Assembly: GCA_965113315.1 (NCBI GenBank)
Contig: OZ220366.1
Direction: 5' to 3' (one strand)
Source of the DNA: Podarcis vaucheri
Lineage: Eukaryota
Length of the DNA stretch: 64,000 nt
The position numbers were made by a program, and so were the translations under genes. Shown piece after piece: positions 40,655 through 51,559 of the stretch (the stretch's first letter is position 1; the number at the start of each line of letters is the position of its first letter). The notes under the pieces were generated by a model. That model saw only the letters and a program-made list of their open reading frames with translations, searched no databases and was not told where the DNA came from.

Positions 40655-42436
40655 CTACCCATCTGTCACTGCTTTAGTGTTAATATTTGTTTGTAAAAGT
40701 TCCAGAATATCGATAATATTCCTAGTGTTATCAAACAAATGTCTACCTGGGAGAAAGCCTGCTTGGTCCTTATGAATTACTTCATTTAGTACTTTTTTGA
40801 ATCTATTTGCCAAGATATCTGCAAATATTTTGTAATCCACGTTTAGGAGTGAGATGGGACGGTAGTTCTTAAGTTGAGTCTTTTCAGTTTCCACTTTAGG
40901 TATCAGTGTGATGAATGCTTCTTTCCACGTTTCTGGTGCCCTCCCTCCCCCCATAATCTGGTTGCAAACCTCCATTAATGGTTGTATCAAGTAGTCTTTT
41001 AACATCCTGTAGTACTTGGAGGTAAGTCCATCAGGGCCTGGAGATTTGCCTAGCTGCATATTCTGAATGGCATCCTCGATTTCCTGTTGTGTTATTTTAC
41101 AATTCAAGATTGATCTCTTCTCTTGAGATAGTTCTGGTAGGCCATTGTCTTTCAAGAATTGTTCTATCTCAGTCACTTCCTCGGACCCTTGGGTGTACAG
41201 TTTTTTAAAATATTTCTGGAAGCACTTTCTAATTTCTCCCGGTTTCTGAATATTTTTCCCTTCAACTTCTAGGTTGGTAACATAATTTAATTTTTGTCTC
41301 TTTTTCAACTGCCAAGCTAGCAGTTTCCCACATTTATTCGCAGATTCAAAAGATCTTTGTTTCATTTGTTTGATTTTCCATTCCACTTCTTGGTTGATCA
41401 ATTTCGTGTATTGTGACTGGTGGAATTTAATTTCTCTTAAAGTCTCTTTTGATTTTGGATTCAATCTTAATTTTTTCTCTCCATCTCTTATCTTCTCTAA
41501 TATCTTGTCCTTTTTCCCATTCCAGAATTTTTTCTTAATCGTATTCTCTTGTATCAGAAACCCTCTCATAACAGCTTTACTTGCGTCCCAGATTATTCTT
41601 TTTTCCACCGAGGTGTTCAGGTTGATTTCAAAGTAGTCCTTTAAAGCTTTTTGGGCCTTCTTTACAATCTCTTGATCTCTTAACAGGTTGTCATTCATTT
41701 TCCATCTGAAGGAATCGGCAGTAGTAAATCTCATTTCCATTTTCAGAGCGTTGTGGTCGGAGCAGGTCTTTGGGCAGATTTCTACTCTTGTAGTCTTAGG
41801 TGCCAGCCCTCTAGTTGTCCAAATTTGGTCGATTCTTGTCCATGACAGGTGAGCCTCAGAGAAGAAAGTTCCTTCTTTACCTAAGGGGTTTCTCGTCCTC
41901 CATAGATCAATCAAATCCATATTGTCAGTTAGTTCGAAAAAAGTTTTTGGTAGTCTTCCATCCTTGGTCAGGTTCTGGTTCTGTGACTTATCCATATAGG
42001 TAGAGACCACCCCATTCATGTCTCCCATCATAATGATGTTAGAGTAGTCCAGATAGTCCAGTAATGTCTCATGAAGCTTCTTGTAGAATTCTGATTTCCC
42101 CTCATTTGGTGCATAAATTCCTAATATCAAAACTTTTTCTCCTTGGGTTTGTATTTCAATTGCCAGGATTCTTCCTTGTTCGTCTTTAAACAAAAATTTT
42201 GGTGATAGATTCTCCTTTGCGTAGATCACCACGCCTCTCTTTTTAACTCTGTCTGATGAAATAAATTCTTGGCCTAATCTTTTGTTTATTAACACTTTCC
42301 TATGGAGCCTAGTCACATGAGTTTCTTGCAGACAGATTATATCCAAATGTTCCTTCTTCAAAATATGAAAAATCCTTTTGCGTTTTTCTGGGGAATTTGC
42401 GCCATTAATATTCCAACTATACAGCTGTAGAGACAT
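40655..42436 (-). CDS. L1 ORF2p, truncated (APE endonuclease, linker, N-terminal RT), 593 aa
   Basis: SWNING, CLQETH, GDMN, RID and SDH APE motifs; KSPGPDG, YRPISLLNVDYKI and QAGF..GR RT motifs; ends before DxEKAFD and YADD; final TDG* comes from antisense Penelope sequence. Confidence 0.93.
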   Translation of the reverse strand: MSLQLYSWNINGANSPEKRKRIFHILKKEHLDIICLQETHVTRLHRKVLINKRLGQEFISSDRVKKRGVVIYAKENLSPKFLFKDEQGRILAIEIQTQGEKVLILGIYAPNEGKSEFYKKLHETLLDYLDYSNIIMMGDMNGVVSTYMDKSQNQNLTKDGRLPKTFFELTDNMDLIDLWRTRNPLGKEGTFFSEAHLSWTRIDQIWTTRGLAPKTTRVEICPKTCSDHNALKMEMRFTTADSFRWKMNDNLLRDQEIVKKAQKALKDYFEINLNTSVEKRIIWDASKAVMRGFLIQENTIKKKFWNGKKDKILEKIRDGEKKLRLNPKSKETLREIKFHQSQYTKLINQEVEWKIKQMKQRSFESANKCGKLLAWQLKKRQKLNYVTNLEVEGKNIQKPGEIRKCFQKYFKKLYTQGSEEVTEIEQFLKDNGLPELSQEKRSILNCKITQQEIEDAIQNMQLGKSPGPDGLTSKYYRMLKDYLIQPLMEVCNQIMGGGRAPETWKEAFITLIPKVETEKTQLKNYRPISLLNVDYKIFADILANRFKKVLNEVIHKDQAGFLPGRHLFDNTRNIIDILELLQTNINTKAVTDG

Positions 42437-42460
42437 CCTGTATCAATCTGTTGTTGCTCT

Positions 42461-43507
42461 TTATGGGGCGTCTTCTTTCTTGTCCAAATCCGAGGGTGCT
42501 GGCTCTTTTCCAGACTCTGGTGGAGGCCAAGGAACTGCTACTCCCTTCTGCAGGTCTTCTCCGTGGTCGTGTAGAAACTTCTGGCTGTCCTCTTTCGTTT
42601 TGATTTTAATCTTCTTTCCTTTGTAATTGAATGATAGGCCTTGTGGAAACTCCCACCTGTAAGGTATTCCGCTACTTCTCAGGAGTCCAGCTAGATCAGT
42701 ATAGTTAGATCTGAGATCCAGTAATTGTTTAGGGATATCCTTGTAAATTTCTGCTCTTCTGTCCTGGATCTCAAGTGCTTTATTGAAGTGTAGGTCAAGT
42801 AATTTGTCTCTCTCCTGCTTGGTCCTTAAGATGATCAAACAATCTCTGGGCCTGTCCTTCCTGGCGACTCTTCCCAATCTGAATGCAGTTGTTATTTTAA
42901 AGTCTGTGTCTTCCTTTATACCCCAGAATTTAGAGAATTCTGTTGTCAAAAAGCCGGTCAGATCCTCTTACTCAATCTCTGGGATGGAGCATAATCTTAA
43001 ATTATTTTCCCTGTTTCTCAGTTCCACCATAGACAGATAGGCCTGCCGGTCGCTGATATGTTTGTGTAGCGGCCTTACCTCTCCTTTCAATTCATCCACT
43101 TTCTGAATTGCTTGATCCGCTTTTTCGTTTGCAGCCTCGGCCAATTTCCGATTCTCAGATGTAGCGTCTTTTAAATTCCCAATTTCTTGTGAATGCTTAG
43201 CCACTTGTTCAGATAGTTTAGTAATTGAAGATGTAGCTAAGTCAATTTTTGCTGTTTGGTCATCAACCTTCTTATTCAAGATTGCAAATTGTTGTAGCAT
43301 TTCCTCTAGAAGGTTGCCAGTTCCCCCTGCTGCCATATCCTCAGTTGTTGGCTGCTCAGCTTCCTTGGATGGGGCTGTTGTTGAAGGTACAGCTCCCTGT
43401 AAAACAGCAGGGACCGAAGATCTGCGAGACTGGGAAATCAGAGTTGTTTGTACAAGTTGGCCTTTCCCTGCTTTCGACGCAGCTCTTGTTTTTGGAGGGC
43501 CACTCAT
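42461..43507 (-). pseudogene. L1 ORF1p (coiled coil, RRM, CTD) with a single in-frame TAA
   Basis: ORFs 43507-42968 and 42949-42461 are in the same frame (IPEIE*EDLTGFLTTEF); heptad region, RENNLRLCSIPE, AFRLG..RPRD, IYKDIP and YRWEFP motifs. Confidence 0.9.
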
Positions 43508-44189
43508 TCCACACCTGTCTTTGGATTCAAGGTCAAACTGTCAAATGTTCCATGGGAAAGACAGGCTTCAAAGTAGATTACCAAACCACAGAGAGTCAAA
43601 ACAAAGTTGGTTCTCAGGAATTTGTAAATCCCAAACTCCACTAGAGGAGTATTGATGCAGTTCAGGAAAGAAGGAAAAAAGTTTTGGTCGCCATTAAAGT
43701 TCCTGCAGCTGAATAAGTTAACAATAGTCTCTAGAAAACTTTTTTTCCACTGGCAGAGCCCCTTCAATGTTACCACAATAGTCTATCTGAAGGTGCAAGA
43801 TACAGTTGTTTAATTGTATCTTCCAATGATGCCTCTATGTATCCATTTCAATTTTATGTATGTATCCGCAAAGCAGCCCTTTTCCCCCTGCCAGCCCGGG
43901 ACTGGGTTTTTTAAAGTTTTTAGAATCCACAAAAGGAGAAGGTCTCCAAATTAAATCAACATAGTAACAGAAAGAAACAAGAAGGCTTGCCTTTCCCTTC
44001 AATTGCTAGCTCCTCCAGACGCATGATACTTCCCGTTTTAAAATCCCTTTCTATTGCTTCCAGCTTGTCTGTTCCTTTGCCTTTGATCACTAAGCACTAC
44101 CGGGAGACGGACTTCGTTTTTCTCGTCTCCCGCTTTCAGCCAAATTTCCAATTTACAGTTCCGAATTAATGCTCTTCTTACTCACGAGT

Positions 44190-44510
44190 AGGTGATTTGG
44201 AGTCCAATAGTTAAGGAAGAAAGGTCGGCGCTCATCAGCAACAGCCGCGCAGCTTCGCTCCCGCAGAAAGAGCGATGTACTCTCAGCACCGCTTCCCCTC
44301 CGCGCTTCCGGAGCCCCTTACGGGGTCCCTTCTTCGTTTTGGGGGTCGCTCCAGGTGCCCGCCGAGTCTCACGGCCACGAGCTCACTCTGCTCATGGTTT
44401 TTCTTAGTGGATCGTCGCTGTGCCGTAGCGAACGATCCTTTCCTGCGGAGCCCCTCTTCAGAGACTGAAGAGGACCGCCATTGCCCGTTTCGCGCCGCCT
44501 CCGGAAGTTC
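44190..44510 (-). promoter_or_regulatory. CpG-rich L1 internal promoter region
   Basis: Dense undecayed CpGs; ETS-like acttccgg and YY1-like aatggcgg at the 5' end. Confidence 0.6.
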
Positions 44511-45639
44511 CCAACAAGCTATTTTCTCCAGACAGTTGTGCTTTCAGGCTGGTACACTTTTCACACATTTCAAAACAATTAATTTTGATTCCACTTATAC
44601 TAACTTTTTCTACCTTTAACATTTTAATGCATACATGACATATCCTTTTCCACATAAATGCCAGAACATTATAAATAGACTCATTTTTTAAAAAAGATTA
44701 TGGTATATAAATTTGAACATAACACCAATCTATTATTTGATTCAATGGGCCTGTGGACTGACCTTCAGTTTAGATTGTGAGTGCAAAACCCAAAATACAG
44801 CTGCATTTCACCAAAGAAAAATAAGTATGATCTGCCTTAGGAAAATTTGCTGTCAGCATCACACATTCAGTCTTGCATAAAAGACCTGAGTTGATAAACC
44901 CCTAAGTCAAATTACTGAGGGAGACTTAACACAAGCAAAATATCTTGACTGTTCTAGTTGCTGATGCTACATTTATTTTCCCTTCTTACACCCTTGGTTC
45001 TTTCCCCCCTTTTTCTTTTTGCAAGAAAGTTTCATACAATTAAGTGAGTGATAAGTGGGAGGGGGGCGGACAAGTTATCTTCGGATATAAGCTACACCGA
45101 ACAAATTCCAAAAATAGTCGACATGGGGTATGAATGATGAGGCAATATAGACTAGTTTGCATCTCAATTGGCTTTGAATAAGCTTATAGGCACAGGCTAT
45201 AAACATTTCATTATAATGGTTGATTCTGTGCAAAATATGAGTCTCTTGTGAATTGAGCTGAAGAACAGAGCTGCATTAACTTAAAACTTACCTTGTGTAC
45301 TGATCATTTAAAAATTTTAAGTGTTATAGATGCAATTGCAAGGGAACACAAGACCCATGGAATGTTACGCCTTGGATAGCTTTTTAGCACAAAGACAGAA
45401 GTGGTATGTTAACCAGGGTGGAAGAAATACTGTTGTCCTCAAAGATACTTGTTTTCAGGGTAATGAATATATATTCCACAGCACTTAAAATGTTGTGCCT
45501 ATCTTCCCCCTAAATGAGTTCTTCCTACAGTGATCAATAGCAAGTCTGATTCTGTTTTACCACAAAACATATCCAAAATGTGTGTGTGTATGTAGGTATG
45601 TAGGTATGTATGTATGTATGTGCATGTATACTCCTTGCA

Positions 45640-45942
45640 CTCTACTCAGCTCCCACTTTCTTCCCTCCCAAAGCAGCCCTGCCCTCTGCCTGCCCCTCAG
45701 AGCCATTGTGTCACGTGAGGCTGGACCTCAGCAGCAGCAGCTCCTCCTCCTCGCCTGTTCTCCAGCAGCCACTACGAGCTGCCCAAAGGAGTAGGCTGCA
45801 TCACCAGCTCATCCTCATCCCTGATCGCAGGGACAGAAGCAATGGTGAAGGAAATAGGGACCTTCCAAAGCAAATCAGGAGCCGGGACTCTCCCTGGGAA
45901 ATCAGGATACTTGGAAGGTATATATGCTTCCCAAAGTACAGG
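45640..45942. mobile_element. Degraded TIR element related to the right end of 2566-2930
   Basis: gggactctccctgggaaatcaggatacttggaaggtat resembles agggacgtcactggaaaatagagacacttggagggtctg. Confidence 0.4.
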
Positions 45943-46074
45943 AGCAATATACTTACTTACTAAGCCAAGAACTGCAGAGGAAGGGAGGAGGATGAGTCTG
46001 CTTCTAAGCAGGTTCAACCCTCCCCTTTTGATCAGTTGCTTGTGGGTTTGTGGGCTTTGGCAGTCATGCCTTCC

Positions 46075-46141
46075 TCTTGTTTTTTACTGTTGTTAGCTGC
46101 TCTGAGCCCAGCTTCAGCTGAGGAGGGTGGGATATAAATAA

Positions 46142-46189
<48 letters not shown>
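46075..46189 (+). mobile_element. LINE (L2-type) tail with (ATT)n
   Basis: agctgctctgagccc...ggagggtgggatataaataaat followed by (ATT)n. Confidence 0.6.
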
Positions 46190-46193
<4 letters not shown>

Positions 46194-48559
46194 TCATATG
46201 GACTACAGACATGGGCCTATCAGTGGAGCAGGAGGTGAGGAAAATAACACCAATGAGCATGTGGCTTGTCAGCTTTGTTAGCCAACCCTCATTCAGCAGC
46301 ACCCTTAGGTCTGTGGTGAGGTCAGTGGGTGTGATATAGCTCCTCCTTCATATATTGTGGGTATATACATTTGTTTTGATATAGTAAAACAGAATGGTCA
46401 TGGAAAATGGGAGCTGCGATCCAACAATTCGGTCATAGGTTGCCCAATCCCTGCTTTCTTATACTGTTAATAAAGAGTTGTCAATAAAGCTGTTTTAAAC
46501 CTACATTTTCTGCCATTCACATCTACAGAAAACTCATATGTTCCCTAATGATCAGAGCTAATAACACAGCAATGATTCACTCCCATTTAAAAAAAAAAAA
46601 TTGTAAAGGACTTCTAGAATTAAGAAATCACAACCTTGTTCCAGTTATTTTTAGTATTGTATTTTCAGATTAGTATTGTAATTTCAGATTGCCAATAGTA
46701 TTCTGAAACAATCAAAATGCCCCAAACGACCAAGGGGTGGGTGGTAAATCATCAGCATATTGCAGGATGCTGAGTAGCATGTAATGCAGTTAATACATAA
46801 AGTAAGACGTTTTCAGTAAAAGACACTTCCTCACAAGGAAAATTCTCTTGAAATATTTATGATATCATGGGTTGCTCCCGTTAAATGCAATTTTAATGTC
46901 TAAACTCTTAAACTAATGTCTAAACTCTTAAACTAAGGATAAATCTTTGCTGGGTTGTTAGCAGTGATCATAATTTACTCAGGTTTAAAACAGGTTACAA
47001 TTCTTTATTAGCATTCTAGTGAAGCATACTGGTCATGTTTTGGACCCCAACTCCCATGATTTCTGATTGTTGGTCACGTTGACTGGGGAAGATTGCCCAT
47101 GCTTGCAATAAGGGATCTCATTATTAGTATTATTATTTTTATAAATCCATTGGTGTTTCAGGCCAGGACTTGTTTCCCATTGTTTTCTATGGTTCTATGA
47201 TAATCCCTTGCATTAAACACACTCTCTGACAAGTCTGTTGAAGTCACCTGAGTTTGCTTGATCATTTGACACAGTCCCTTAATTCTACAACAATATTTAA
47301 GGAAACTCGGATATATTTTTGGTCTTGCCAGTCTTATGCCTACCAAGGCAGAAGATGAGAGGGGGTCAGCTAGAGAGAAAATAAGTCCACCTGCTCTAGA
47401 GCTGAGTATTTTCTCTGTTTTGTTTGGGATGCATTGGGGGAGCATCAGTCAACTCCAGCACACCTTTTGACCCACCACCGCCTTCCTTCAATACTGAAAC
47501 TTCATTGACAGCAGCAACTATGAAAAGTACTTTTTCTTGGCCTTTGTTAGGCCCTTTAGTGGCAGTATAAACACCAAGGCATATTTACAGGGTGCGTGAT
47601 TCCTTCCTGCATTGCTCAATGGTACAGGAGCCATTGTTCTCATCACCAGTACCATCAGAAATGCTATTGAGGAAATGGGAAAGACATCCTGTTTCCATGT
47701 GGGGGCCAATTTATGAGCAGAATGGAGGTAGGAGGACACCAGATCTCATCAAACTCCTGATGAACTTTAGGTTTAAAAAGAACTAGGGTTTCAGGCCAGA
47801 AATTGACTAATGCTTCGGTTAGCTCAAGTTGAAACCCGCCTGGGAAAGCTCACCCATCACTTTGGGCTTAAAACTAGACCAAAATGCAGTTTAGATCCAA
47901 GTGCATAAGTGACTTGCAGACCAGACTCTATTTTATCGTTCTTTTAATTTTTGTTGTTATTCGGGATTAACTATTACCAAAAAAAAGTATTTATAGGGCT
48001 ATACTTCAAAGTAATATGATACTATTTGGAAATTTATTAATAGAAATATAAACAGCAACATTGTGCTTTATAGAGGGAATTTATTACCATACAAAATGAT
48101 ATTGTAATATCTGTTACAAGAATAATTAGAGATTCTAAAAAATCTGATTTACACTTCTTTTTTGCCTTCCAGAATAAAAGATATTTTGAAGCAGTTCATT
48201 CATTAAATTAAAAATTCTAAACAGCACGAACTCTTTGGTATGATAAATGGTAATAACTTCAAGACCTCCTGATGTATTCTTTGGTTTGTGGGTCATTAAC
48301 ATACTAGCTTATAATGACTTCTTCATATCCATTACCAACTGATACATTACAGTATAGTTGATCAGTTCCTTGTAATCAGTTTTCTCTGGCAATTTTTATT
48401 AAAAATTAATTATCACTAATGAGGGGTGAACCTCAGAAAATGTAATGGCAGAGTGCTTTATAATAAACCTTTTCCCATGAGGTCAATACTCAATACTCAT
48501 ATGAGGAGAGTTAGGATATTCTGTTGGATATGTATTTCAGTTTCAGTCATGTAGAAAAC

Positions 48560-48850
48560 TAGGCTTGCGATTGTACAACATCAAACATTGCAATGGAAGT
48601 ACATCTTCACAAAGTGCAAAGCTAAACTGTGGAATTTGCTTCCTCAAGATGCATGAATTTCTACAGGTTTAAAATGAGATTAGTAAAATTTGTGGAACAC
48701 AAAGAGATCAATGGTAATTCACCATTATGTCTATATGAATCAGGGGTACCGTAACTCTGAAAACCTGTTGCTGGGAAACAATTATGGGAGAGGGACATTG
48801 TAGCTTACATCCTTCTTGTGGGCTTCTAATGGCCCAAAATGGACTAATCA
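48560..48850 (+). mobile_element. Old CR1 3' fragment
   Basis: KYIFTK..KLWNLLPQD..GLK-like C-terminus plus 3' UTR; similar UTR remnant at ~62500-62640. Confidence 0.6.
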
Positions 48851-49844
48851 AGGCAAAGCCCAGCCCTATTCCCACCATACCCGTGTCCTAACCACCATCC
48901 TGGCTTCTGGTTCCTATGTGGTTCTATTAAGTGGTTCTATTTCCAGAACTCAATTCAGTGGTTTTAGATCAACCAGTTCCTGCTTTGTCAAGAAAACATT
49001 TCTACTTTGCCCCACTTCTACCCTTATCCAGCAACCCACTTAAAAGATACGTCCATTTTTAGAATGAGTGTTTTATGTAGTTGGATCTTTTCCATTGATG
49101 TCAATCCTGAACGATTGTGGCAATGATAAAGCAGCATTGTAGTAGTTCTCATACCTTTCATATTAAAAAGGCTATTCTTTTAACAAGAGCGTCATCAAGT
49201 TCAGTAAAATTTCTTCATGTCAGGGCTTGTGTTTTCAAGATCATCTTGACAGATCGCTGAAAGTTCAACTAGTCCATTGTTCTTTGTGTGAAACGAGGAA
49301 TATGTTGGGCATGTGTCATGTTTAAAAATAATTCCTTTTTTTGTTGAAGGAGAAAGCAACATGGAATTCTTTGCTGGCATATTTAGGTCATGTCAATGAA
49401 TTGCTGTATATTTCACATTTTGCAAAGCCTTGTTTCCTATTGTCAGCTATTGTGATATTTCTCATATCCTGACACTTGATTATTGTTCTGAAACTTACAG
49501 TGAGTATAGTATATTGTTCTGAAGCTTACAGTGGCAAAGCGTGGGCAGTGACTGCTGTCTGAAGTTTATCAGCTACAACAATGTGTCTGGTTTGTGAATA
49601 CAGCTGTACAGAAATGACCTCTCAAACTTCACCCTACTTGTGGGAAGGGAAATTGGGGTGTTCAAGATTTTGGGGGTGTTACCTTTTAAGAAATTCTGTG
49701 TTCAATGATATATACGTTTTTGTATTCTTGTATCTTATGCATATTAATTGTGCTGCGTGGTTTATTTATTTAGTTATGCATGGGTAAAGGAAAGCATATG
49801 AATGGCTAAATAGGTTTTAAAAGTACGGTTCCATGCATTTAGGC

Positions 49845-50970
49845 CTAACTGCCAGTTCTTGCACATGGTTTGCATGCAAAAGATCCCAGGTTCAAACTTC
49901 AGGCTCTCCCGGTACTGCAGTGAGAGACTCCTACCTGAAATTCTGTAGAGAAATTGCCAGTAGGTGTAGACCAGCAGTGGAGAACCTCCAGGCTTCCCCA
50001 ACTGGCCCATGAGGCCATTTTGGGCAGACCATGCATACCTGCCCTATACAGCATGTGTGAGGCAGGTAAAGACCTGGCTTAGCCAAAAGGGAGGATTGCA
50101 AAGTGCTATGTGCTGTGCTTCTCAAACTCCAACAATTAACTGATTGATGGATCTTGCAAAGCATAGGCCCTTGTATCTGACCATAAGGCCTGCCTTCCCT
50201 CACAAGTGGGGCTGTAGGAGAAATTCGATTCTGTGCACATTTAAAGGCAAATCTATCTTTTGCACTTTCCAACTAGAGGAATCTTTCAAAAATTGTACTG
50301 CTTTTGCAGTTCATTTCTCCAACCAACCTATGTTAACCAAAAAATGCACATATTAGGTAAAAATGTGCAGAAAAACTAATATATTCATGAAAATAGCTTA
50401 CCAAAATGTATTGGATTAGAGCTTACTTGCAAAAATGTGTGCATTAGTCAAAATTGTATACAAAAATGTGTCTTTTAGGGAAAATACGCACTAAAATACA
50501 GGATGTCATGAGGATTCTAATTATTAAAAGTTGAAAAGTGCTGCAGAAATGTGGGGAACTGAGTTTGGGATTGGAAAATTTAGAAACTGGGAGAACCAAA
50601 ATGGTCCTTCCATCCTTAGGGTTGGTTTAGCCATAAAAGGGTATACAGTCACATGCAAATCCCTATACAAAGCTCTGTACACTGAGTTTTGCAAACCCCA
50701 GTGAGGAACTGATTATAAACAGTGTAGACTGTGCCTTTGCCCACACTATTTGATTTCAAATTTTGCAAGCAAAAATGGGTCACTTCACATTCTTGTGCTG
50801 CCAGGTGCTTGACAGTTGGCAGTCCCAGCCACCTATTAAATATGACCTGCAGGGGTGGGGTGGGGATGATACCATTCTGACCCACTGAACATATCCTGTA
50901 CCCCACCCCTGTAGACGATACTGAGCTAGATGATCTTCAGCTCTGCCTTGATATATCCTGATATTCCCAT
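49845..50970 (+). mobile_element. tRNA-derived SINE split by a nested hAT element (49972-50910) that itself holds a TAGGGATG-family element (50207-50618)
   Basis: Head ttgcatgcaaaagatcccaggttcaaa...gtgtagac stops at 49971 and resumes tgtagacgatactgagctagatg at 50910; tgtagac is duplicated; insert ends cagcagtggagaacc / ccccacccctg. Confidence 0.65.
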
Positions 50971-51559
50971 ACCACACAACGTCTCAAAATTTTATCATCA
51001 AACTTTACCATACCAGATTTGCAATGAATATTCACTTTGTGATCATAGTTATCAAAGTTTATAAAGCAAATGATTCAAATGCTGATTTCCCCCCCAGGAT
51101 CTATCAAATGATTTATTAATCATTTATTTTAATTTTAGCATGTTATCCCTGGCCACTGCCCCCTCCCCCCAAAAAACAAGGATTATAGCAGAATGTTTGC
51201 CTATTTTAACTTGCTGTGGTAAAATTATGTTTCCTCATGACTTTCTGCCCAACATGTCAAATATAACATATCTTTTGTTAAGTTTACAACTAAGATTTTC
51301 ACATACATTGACTAGGCAGGAGGCAAAAGGAAAGAGATGAAACCTGAGACAAATGGAAATCACAAATTTTGGTGAATATTATATAATGATACCAGGTTGT
51401 GATACACAGCAGAAATTGAAGAAGTGAGTCCAATAGCTTCGACAACAATACTCTGTTCTGTTCTTGAATAATCAGTGATCAAAGTGAAAGATCTTATTAG
51501 ATGGTTCAAACTATTTCTAGAGTGCCTTCTCAACCAAGAGTCACAGCAGAGCTATAAGG

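Larger units (their letters stand above)
40263..40665 (+). mobile_element. 5'-truncated Penelope-like element (GIY-YIG C-terminus plus pseudo-LTR)
   Basis: 40263-40367 reads RLEREAAELQLITKLKTMETPGLNRDIGFLSHYI*, the E..I..L.T...GLN end of PLE GIY-YIG domains; followed by TATA, hammerhead and terminal cagaccaacacggctac. Confidence 0.9.
40666..44510 (-). mobile_element. L1-clade LINE with intact 5' half and missing 3' half
   Basis: CpG-rich 5' end (minus strand ggaacttccggaggcggcg...aatggcgg), ~1-kb 5' UTR, ORF1, 24-nt spacer, ORF2 broken at the Penelope junction. Confidence 0.95.

Noticed and set aside
40655-42436. Domesticated L1 ORF2-derived host gene
   Set aside because: The open frame is explained by youth (undecayed CpGs, native UTR and ORF1 context); a single sequence gives no evidence of selection.
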